Source: a virus
Taxonomy: Duplodnaviria > Heunggongvirae > Uroviricota > Caudoviricetes
Direction: 5' to 3' (one strand)
IMG/VR virus record: IMGVR_UViG_3300047557_004483
Coordinates: 64,001 to 112,252 of that record
DNA: 48,252 nucleotides
The translations under genes were made by a program, and so were the position numbers. Of the stretch, positions 1 to 6,499 are shown one piece after another (within the stretch, counting starts at the first letter, position 1; every line of letters begins with the position of its first letter). A model generated the notes under the pieces. The model made no database searches, had not been told where the DNA came from, and worked only from the letters and a program-made list of their open reading frames with translations.

Positions 1-29
1 CAAAATCCCTTCTATACTTTTTTATAAAA

Positions 30-602
30 TCAAACATTTTCATTCGGTTTTGTTCTTTTTCTTGAGGCCAATATTTTTGACCATTTTGATTTGAATTTTT
101 CGTAAAACTGTTGAAGTTTATTGACCATATTCAAAAATTCCTCATCTACTTTGATTGCCGTTCCATTTACGTAGATTCCACTGTCCTCTCCTATAGTCAA
201 AATAAATTCAACATCCTCATCGATAATTTTACCAGACCACTCCACACTATTCGAATAAACATTCAACTCGTTGAAGTCAACTAAATCAGAGACTTCATCA
301 ACAAACTCATCCATCGTTTCTTGGAATGCTAACTTCTCTTCTGATGTGATTTCAACATCGCTTTTTTCTTTACCGTGCATTGATATTATTCCACCCGATA
401 TTCTATATTTTTGAACTACGTCATCTGGTGATTCTTCTTTTTCTACTTTTGCAGTTTCGAACTCATCATTATCTTGGTCTATCTTATCTTCAATACTTTT
501 AGCAATATTGTCTTTTTGTATTGTAACTTGTTCTTTAAGTAATCTTGACTTATTCAATAAAGATTTTATTTGGTCGTATTTTTCATCATGATAGTTACCC
601 AT
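30..602 (-). CDS. Hypothetical protein (190 aa, acidic)
   Basis: Clean ORF whose ATG overlaps the amidase stop; no motif recognised. Confidence 0.8.
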   Translation of the reverse strand: MGNYHDEKYDQIKSLLNKSRLLKEQVTIQKDNIAKSIEDKIDQDNDEFETAKVEKEESPDDVVQKYRISGGIISMHGKEKSDVEITSEEKLAFQETMDEFVDEVSDLVDFNELNVYSNSVEWSGKIIDEDVEFILTIGEDSGIYVNGTAIKVDEEFLNMVNKLQQFYEKFKSKWSKILASRKRTKPNENV

Positions 603-1191
603 GTTCTATTTTTTTTAAAAATTTTTCAAAATCGAAAGCTGGACTCAAATCCGTAAATCTTGTATCGAAATTACTCCTTGATACTATGCCCTCGAAGTTT
701 TTTATTCCTTCTATTTTAGTGTTATGTCCTGTACATTTTTTGGAAATTTCTAAATTTTCACAAATCTCTTTACACAACTCAGAAAGACTTTCCATTTGCT
801 GTTCAGGATAAAAGTCCCAAAAAAAATAATCTCTCCATTTTTTTTCGAAAACTTCTCCTTTATAAATACTCTTGTTCCAGTTAATGTAGTCAGATGAAAG
901 CGGTTTTCTCTCAAGCCACCCTAAATTCTCGAGACTAATTACTATAGAATTTTTGTTTATCTTCTCTTCTTCGAATATGTTAGAAAATTTGTTATTCTGG
1001 AGGGTGTTCAAAATATCACCCTTTTTGGTTATTATATAATGCGGAATTTTATTATATTTCCCATTATATCTAAATTTAAGGGAGGTCAAATATTCATTGA
1101 CCTCCCTTGATGTATGACACAGAATTATTTGTGACTTTCTTTTGTGTATACCCTCAGACTTAAACTCTTCTAAAAGGTAAGTTTTATCCAT
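595..1191 (-). CDS. N-acetylmuramoyl-L-alanine amidase (Amidase_2-like), putative endolysin
   Basis: Motifs ILCHTS, IPHYII, SIVISLEN, YPEQQMESL, GHN and TDLSP. Start moved from the track's 1263 to the ATG at 1191 (MDKTY), which overlaps the upstream gene's stop (ATGGATAA). Confidence 0.8.
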   Translation of the reverse strand: MDKTYLLEEFKSEGIHKRKSQIILCHTSREVNEYLTSLKFRYNGKYNKIPHYIITKKGDILNTLQNNKFSNIFEEEKINKNSIVISLENLGWLERKPLSSDYINWNKSIYKGEVFEKKWRDYFFWDFYPEQQMESLSELCKEICENLEISKKCTGHNTKIEGIKNFEGIVSRSNFDTRFTDLSPAFDFEKFLKKIEHG

Positions 1192-1972
1192 TTCTATTGA
1201 TATAAGATAATCTTTTAATAGTTGTCCCACTTTCTCCCTGTTGAATGTCTTCAGGTTCTTCAATCGTCATTTCTTCGGGATTAAGAGGTTCTTGTTTTGT
1301 AACAACCTCAGGAGTTTCTTCCAAAGTCTTGAATTTATTTTGATTGATTTCCTTAAGGGCTCTTTCCAACTCGGCCAATTGTTGTTCGGTGGGTACGAAC
1401 TTCTCACTTTCTATTTTTGCTTCTTCCTTACCTGCAAGAATACTCAACTCATCTATGTTTTTTTCTTCAATTTGTTGTGGTATCGCTTGTAGTTCTCCTT
1501 TTTTCTTTTTTTCTTCTTCTTCAAATTTTACAAGCATATGTAAGAATGAAAGAGAAATTATTGGTAACATCCCACCAGAAAAAAGTGCCAAGAACCTCTT
1601 ATGGCCGACCATGTCACCAGACTCTACCCCCATAAAACTTACAATTGGGTCAACTAGCTCAACCCAATCGATGAAAGATTCCGAGGTAATATCTATAAAT
1701 TGATAAGAAAAATATATGTTACCTAAGAATTGTATCAAGGTAACAATCGCAAAAGGAAAATAAACTTTTTTACCCATTTGGGCTGAAATTGCAGCTAACG
1801 CCGAGAGAGCTGCAATTTCAATACCAATGGAAAGATATATCGCCCAACTAAGTGGATTCGAAATACCATACCATGTAGTTACGTGTGATATTGAAACAAA
1901 CGCAACTGCAAGTATCGGAACTAAGAATGCGGTATAAATTAGTGTTTTGAAATTTCTTTGAAACCAATTCAT
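1184..1972 (-). CDS. Four-TM inner-membrane protein with charged C-terminal tail (holin candidate)
   Basis: Four hydrophobic segments (LIYTAFLVPILAVAFVSI, WAIYLSIGIEIAALSALAAI, VYFPFAIVTLIQFLGNIYF, FLALFSGGMLPIISLSFLHMLV), directly upstream of the amidase. The holin role is inference. Confidence 0.65.
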   Translation of the reverse strand: MNWFQRNFKTLIYTAFLVPILAVAFVSISHVTTWYGISNPLSWAIYLSIGIEIAALSALAAISAQMGKKVYFPFAIVTLIQFLGNIYFSYQFIDITSESFIDWVELVDPIVSFMGVESGDMVGHKRFLALFSGGMLPIISLSFLHMLVKFEEEEKKKKGELQAIPQQIEEKNIDELSILAGKEEAKIESEKFVPTEQQLAELERALKEINQNKFKTLEETPEVVTKQEPLNPEEMTIEEPEDIQQGESGTTIKRLSYINRNG

Positions 1973-1977
1973 TTTTG

Positions 1978-2253
1978 TTATTTAAGTTTTTTTATCTCTT
2001 CCTCGATTTCAGTTTGTCTTCTAACATCTAATAGTTTTCTATCAGTTGCCTGAATCATCCTTTTTTCCGCTTCTAAACCAGAAATTTTCAATTCTTTCAA
2101 AAGTTCCGTTTTGGTATAGGTTGAATCTTTGATGGACTTTATTTCATTTTTAATTTTAGAAATTTCTCTTGAATCACTACAACCCTTGAAAAAGGCTAGT
2201 AGGGAAATTACAAGAACAATTACAGTAAAATTTTCTTTAATAAATTTTTTCAT
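1978..2253 (-). CDS. Small membrane-anchored or lipoprotein coiled-coil protein (spanin candidate)
   Basis: N-terminal hydrophobic stretch ending FFKGC (non-canonical lipobox), followed by a charged helical segment. Confidence 0.6.
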   Translation of the reverse strand: MKKFIKENFTVIVLVISLLAFFKGCSDSREISKIKNEIKSIKDSTYTKTELLKELKISGLEAEKRMIQATDRKLLDVRRQTEIEEEIKKLK

Positions 2254-2254
2254 G

Positions 2255-2261
2255 ATAAATA
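2255..2261 (-). promoter_or_regulatory. TATTTAT putative phage (late) promoter motif
   Basis: Recurrent intergenic motif; 1 nt before the ATG at 2253. Confidence 0.45.
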
Positions 2262-2266
2262 ATATC

Positions 2267-2674
2267 TTAGTGTTTGTTGAACCTATACACAGGAACTTTT
2301 AATCCTATAGTTCTCAATCTGTCGTTAAAAGAACTTGTAAATGCAAGTCTAACCTGTTCAGAAATTCTAACATCTACTCCGAATATTGGTTCGAATTTAT
2401 GATTCTGTAAATAACAACCAGCAAGCATGAAACCTACGTTGTTTTTCCATGCTGAATGTCTGAAACCTACAGTTGACATGTCTTGTCCTGCAAGAACTTT
2501 CGAATATGTTCCGACTGCAGTCAATTCTTTTGTTATGTTTCCACTAACCTCCAACTGAGAAAAACCGTAGTTTTTTCCTCTGTAAGTTACGTTTCCACCT
2601 TGTACTGAAACCAATTGTGCTTTGGACACCATGAATGATAGTGTCATCAAAAATGCGAATAAAATTTTTTTCAT
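2267..2674 (-). CDS. Secreted protein, probable small outer-membrane beta-barrel
   Basis: Signal peptide MKKILFAFLMTLSFMVSKA|Q, alternating amphipathic strands and an aromatic C-terminal strand (IGLKVPVYRF). Confidence 0.6.
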   Translation of the reverse strand: MKKILFAFLMTLSFMVSKAQLVSVQGGNVTYRGKNYGFSQLEVSGNITKELTAVGTYSKVLAGQDMSTVGFRHSAWKNNVGFMLAGCYLQNHKFEPIFGVDVRISEQVRLAFTSSFNDRLRTIGLKVPVYRFNKH

Positions 2675-2691
2675 AATTTTTTATTTTCTTA

Positions 2692-2698
2692 ATAAATA
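2692..2698 (-). promoter_or_regulatory. TATTTAT putative phage (late) promoter motif
   Basis: GTATTTATT upstream of the ATG at 2674. Confidence 0.5.
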
Positions 2699-2713
2699 CT
2701 AAAAATTTCAGGA

Positions 2714-3511
2714 TTATAAATAATCAAACAAAGAACCTGACTCATTTCTAAGTTTTCTAAGTGCCTTTTCTTTGATTTGTCTGACCCTTTCTTTAGTTAA
2801 TTCGAAATCATTTCCAATGTCTTCTAATGTTCTTGTATTACCTGATAAACCGAAATAATCTTCAATTATTATACGTTCTCTTTCGTCCAAAACATCGAGC
2901 ATCGATAGTAATTTATCTTTTAAAGTATGTTCGGTATTTAATCCTGAATCAGGACTTTCGACGTTAGGGTTTATTACAACATCCATCAAGGTATCTCCGT
3001 CTTCATTAAGTGGTGTTTCAAGGTCAACAGTATATGGTAAGTTAGCAAACCTATCAGATAACTCTTCTCCATTTATTTCTTGTTCCTTTTTTGCCTTATG
3101 TAATTCTTGAACTACGTTCACAGGGAACCTAATGGTTCTCGCGTTCTCATTTAGCGACTGTAATATAGATTGTCTAATCCACCAAACAGCATATGATATA
3201 AACCTCAAATTTTTCGACCAATCAAAGTTCTCTATCGCCTTTAAAAGACCATAGTTACCTTCAGCAATTAAATCTGAAAGGTCTAGTCCTTGGTTTTGAT
3301 ATTGTTTACTTACAGTAATAACAAACCTCAGGTTACCTTCTAATATTTCTTTTTTAATCTCTTCCTTTTGTCTTGGAGTTACACTTCCAGAAAGCATAAG
3401 TTTTGCCAACTCTTTTTCTCTTTCAGGTGTCATGACAGTCAACTTCCTGATGTCTTTAAGATAAACTGAAATCTCTTCTTGATTAATTGGAATTACTGAT
3501 TTTTCTTTCAT
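2714..3511 (-). CDS. rpoD: RNA polymerase sigma-70 factor, RpoD/SigA family (short form lacking region 1.1)
   Basis: YLKDI (region 1.2), NLRFV..DLIAEGNYGLLKAIENFD..RFISYAVWWIRQSI (region 2), RTIRFP (region 3.0), RTLEDIG..LTKERVRQIKEKALRKLR (region 4). The symbol is family-level. Confidence 0.93.
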   Translation of the reverse strand: MKEKSVIPINQEEISVYLKDIRKLTVMTPEREKELAKLMLSGSVTPRQKEEIKKEILEGNLRFVITVSKQYQNQGLDLSDLIAEGNYGLLKAIENFDWSKNLRFISYAVWWIRQSILQSLNENARTIRFPVNVVQELHKAKKEQEINGEELSDRFANLPYTVDLETPLNEDGDTLMDVVINPNVESPDSGLNTEHTLKDKLLSMLDVLDERERIIIEDYFGLSGNTRTLEDIGNDFELTKERVRQIKEKALRKLRNESGSLFDYL

Positions 3512-3514
3512 TTT

Positions 3515-4042
3515 TTATTTTTTTGAATATTCTGACAAAACGTCTTTTTCATAACTGGTTAGTGAATCAATACCTTTATCTTTTATCTTGTCTAATATTG
3601 AATCTAATGATGGTTTTTTATCATTCTTGATTAACTCCAAAAGTGATGCCAAATTTTCATATTCAGACTCATCTTCTTCTTCGAATTGAGCTCGAGTAGT
3701 GTTTTGACTCAATCTGATTTCAGAAGAATTATCAGACTCTAAATCCATTAAATGTTCATATGTTACTTGTGGAAAAGAAACTGACACCTTGTCATTCATT
3801 TCTGTCAAAATAAATGACATACCCACTCCATCACTTTCAATACATGATTTAATATAATAATTGATTTCCTCCATGGGTACCTCTGTTCCAAAGTGGAAAA
3901 CCGATGCACCCTTACTGAATTGAAACTTAATCTGTGGTGTATCCACAAGTGGTGTTAGAGAAATTGCAAAATTTTTCAAATAATTAATGCTCTCAGAATC
4001 CTGTAAATAATCACCAAATACTACTAATAAAAATTTTTTCAT
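3515..4042 (-). CDS. Hypothetical protein with DUF6576-like C-terminal motif
   Basis: C-terminal LDSILDKIKDKGIDSLTSYEKDVL. Confidence 0.7.
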   Translation of the reverse strand: MKKFLLVVFGDYLQDSESINYLKNFAISLTPLVDTPQIKFQFSKGASVFHFGTEVPMEEINYYIKSCIESDGVGMSFILTEMNDKVSVSFPQVTYEHLMDLESDNSSEIRLSQNTTRAQFEEEDESEYENLASLLELIKNDKKPSLDSILDKIKDKGIDSLTSYEKDVLSEYSKK

Positions 4043-4053
4043 AATCTATAACA

Positions 4054-4061
4054 CAAATTTA
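4054..4061 (-). promoter_or_regulatory. Bacteroidota-type -7 element TAAATTTG
   Basis: 11 nt upstream of the ATG at 4042; TTCG 19 nt further upstream. Confidence 0.55.
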
Positions 4062-4062
4062 A

Positions 4063-4590
4063 TTAAACTCTTTTAGAATGCGAAATAACTTGATAAAAAT
4101 CTTTTTTCCCTTCACAATAACTTTTGACTAAAATTAACAAATCCTTGAACATAAATGCCTTTGGATTTTGTTTTTCGCACTTGATAAATAACTCTATCAT
4201 TATACATAAAAATTCAATACTATATTCTCCCAACATACCTAAGGTAGAATACTTAGAATCGAATTTTTGCAAATATCTAATCTGATAATTGTTCCTTTCT
4301 TCCACAGAACTGAATGGGTTAATTATATCGTAGTGTTCTAACCAATCATTGACAAAATTCAAAACCTGAGGTTTGGCGTTCTCACTTTTTATCAATAAAT
4401 CAACAACCCAATGTGTGTGTGATGGAGCTCTTAGTCTTTTATTTGGTGAAAGATATTTTACAACAAAATCTAATTCGGGGTTTGACCCTCTATTCCCTTG
4501 ATATATTGCGACGAAAGTACCATCTCTCAATTCCCAATATTTTAAGGGGAGATGTTCTGCTCCCGTTTTTTTAAATTGCAACTTCTTCAT
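4063..4590 (-). CDS. Hypothetical protein (175 aa)
   Basis: Start moved to the ATG at 4590 (MKKLQFK); the track's 4707 start lies deep inside the upstream gene. Confidence 0.7.
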   Translation of the reverse strand: MKKLQFKKTGAEHLPLKYWELRDGTFVAIYQGNRGSNPELDFVVKYLSPNKRLRAPSHTHWVVDLLIKSENAKPQVLNFVNDWLEHYDIINPFSSVEERNNYQIRYLQKFDSKYSTLGMLGEYSIEFLCIMIELFIKCEKQNPKAFMFKDLLILVKSYCEGKKDFYQVISHSKRV

Positions 4591-5062
4591 ATAGATAAAC
4601 TCTACCTTTTTGTCCTGAATGTTGTTCGTACCATTTTTCATTCTCATCCATCCAAACATATGGTGAGGATGGGTCGACGTTCCATTTATACCTACTGTAA
4701 AACTCAAAGTCTTTCTTCAACAAGTTTGCTTTATGTGAATCGTGAAATTTAGTTTCACCCCACCATTTTGGATAATAAATTGCTTCATTTACGTCTTCAC
4801 GTACCATAGTATTTTTGAATCCTCTTTTAATCCATTCCTCGAGCGATAAGTTGTAATAAACTTTGAGAAGTGGAACATATTTTCTCCACATTACAGAACA
4901 AGGATGATTTAACCATCCCTTGTATGGGGTTCCATCTAATTTTGGTCTACCTGTAATTGCAGACAAGATTTGATATGTTTCGACTCTCTGTTTACCTAAT
5001 CGTTTGTTATCAAGAACTTCTAATGATTTTATTAAGTCGGGGTAGGGTAAAAATGTTTGCAT
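4571..5062 (-). CDS. Pyrimidine dimer DNA glycosylase / endonuclease V-like protein (MSMEG_6728 family)
   Basis: MQTFLPY..LDNKRLGKQRVETYQIL..GWLNHP...MW...EW..RG..N..SHKANLL signature. Confidence 0.85.
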   Translation of the reverse strand: MQTFLPYPDLIKSLEVLDNKRLGKQRVETYQILSAITGRPKLDGTPYKGWLNHPCSVMWRKYVPLLKVYYNLSLEEWIKRGFKNTMVREDVNEAIYYPKWWGETKFHDSHKANLLKKDFEFYSRYKWNVDPSSPYVWMDENEKWYEQHSGQKGRVYLYEEVAI

Positions 5063-5530
5063 TTAATTTAGTATTAATTCTGATAAACCTTTAACTTCAA
5101 TATCAAATTTAAGATAAATCTCATAGTTCAAATATGATGAGTTATTTCTTGCAAAGATACTAACTTTCTGATGTTCTTCCTTCGTTAATTTTACAGTTGA
5201 GCAGTATTTTTTTAGACAAAAAATGAATTCTTCTTGAGACATATTTTCATTCCTATCTAATTCAGAAAAAATAAATTTCATCGCAAAACTTCTTTGAATG
5301 TAATGGTCATCGACTAATTCTGCAACAGGAATTTTTTTTCCTTCTTCTGAAACTAATTTAGTTTTAAAATATACCGCTTGAGAAATATCCCAAACAGGAT
5401 TTCTGTTTCTAACGAAGAAACTCCTACTTTTGACTTCATCGTTTTTGATTTTTCTATATCTTGGTAATAATGCTTTAAAATCTTCTAACGTTTCAGATAT
5501 TTTATCCAACTGATTATTATTCATTCTCAT
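5063..5530 (-). CDS. Hypothetical protein (155 aa), weak HNH/beta-beta-alpha-metal resemblance
   Basis: VDDHYIQR...VKLTKEEH; the resemblance is weak. Confidence 0.6.
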   Translation of the reverse strand: MRMNNNQLDKISETLEDFKALLPRYRKIKNDEVKSRSFFVRNRNPVWDISQAVYFKTKLVSEEGKKIPVAELVDDHYIQRSFAMKFIFSELDRNENMSQEEFIFCLKKYCSTVKLTKEEHQKVSIFARNNSSYLNYEIYLKFDIEVKGLSELILN

Positions 5531-5549
5531 GGAGAAAAGTTTATATATT

Positions 5550-5557
5550 CGAAGATA
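5550..5557 (-). promoter_or_regulatory. Variant -7 element TATCTTCG
   Basis: In the intergenic gap before the ATG at 5530; one mismatch to TAnnTTTG. Confidence 0.4.
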
Positions 5558-5566
5558 TGGAAAATT

Positions 5567-6499
5567 TTAATAAGTTGAGTATTTTTTTTCGAATTCGTTA
5601 AGAAAATCAATTTTTTCCTGATAACCTAAGAATAAAGGTGCAAAGTCTATTGGAATTTCACCTGGTCCTGTTCTTTCATGAATCATTTTGGAAAGTACAT
5701 GGTCCCTTACTTTATAGAACATATCGTCTCTTCTTGCAATAACATAATCACCATTCTCAACGGTATTTGAAGCTCTTTTCTGAATACCGAATGATGTTCC
5801 ATCTCTAACCCACATATCACTAGCAGAAGTAAACCAATAGGATAATTCATCATTTTGGTGCCCCCATAAAAAATCGTAATGTATTTTTAAATCTTCACCA
5901 ACTATAACTTCAGGGTCGTATCTATAACTTTCAGCAACTTTTCTTGAGAAAAGAACTAACCTTGCATAGTTTGGGTTACTTATACCATCAACTAGCGGGT
6001 CTTTACCAAAAAACATATTACCTCTGTAATCAATGTAATTTGCCCCCCAAAGACTGCCGAAATTACCTGATGCGAGTTGAGCATCGTTTCCATTTTTTCT
6101 TGGAAAAATTGAATCGCAAGGACATGTTGCCATCGCATCCGTGTTCGGATATTTTTTCAAATGTCTTTCTACTTGTTGTAAAAAGGTTGGATAAAAGAAA
6201 TCATCTCCATCTAATTGTGTTAGATGTGTAAAGTCTTTAGTCATGAAATATTCGAATACAGTATTCTTACCTGTTGAAGGCGTGCCATCTGACTTGGTGA
6301 CCACATAGGGTATATGGTTATTTTCACAATATTTTGCCATTTGACTCACAAAACTACTATCTACACTATTGATTACCAAATGAACTTCATACTTTATAGA
6401 ATAGTTTCTTTGGTTTAATGCTGTTTGTATACATCTAATTGCTCTTGAGACATCCGAAGATACCAGAGGACAAATCATTAATTTTATTTCTTTACACAT
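5567..6499 (-). CDS. GT-A fold (family 2-like) glycosyltransferase
   Basis: N-terminal Rossmann-like strand/helix pattern, GKNTVF, HLTQLDGDDFFYPTFL (DxD motif) and GEDLKI. Confidence 0.72.
   Translation of the reverse strand: MCKEIKLMICPLVSSDVSRAIRCIQTALNQRNYSIKYEVHLVINSVDSSFVSQMAKYCENNHIPYVVTKSDGTPSTGKNTVFEYFMTKDFTHLTQLDGDDFFYPTFLQQVERHLKKYPNTDAMATCPCDSIFPRKNGNDAQLASGNFGSLWGANYIDYRGNMFFGKDPLVDGISNPNYARLVLFSRKVAESYRYDPEVIVGEDLKIHYDFLWGHQNDELSYWFTSASDMWVRDGTSFGIQKRASNTVENGDYVIARRDDMFYKVRDHVLSKMIHERTGPGEIPIDFAPLFLGYQEKIDFLNEFEKKYSTY

Noticed and set aside
1192-1263. Track start codons at 1263, 4707 and 34517
   Set aside because: Each overlaps deeply with the upstream gene; downstream ATGs (1191, 4590, 34484) give typical short overlaps.
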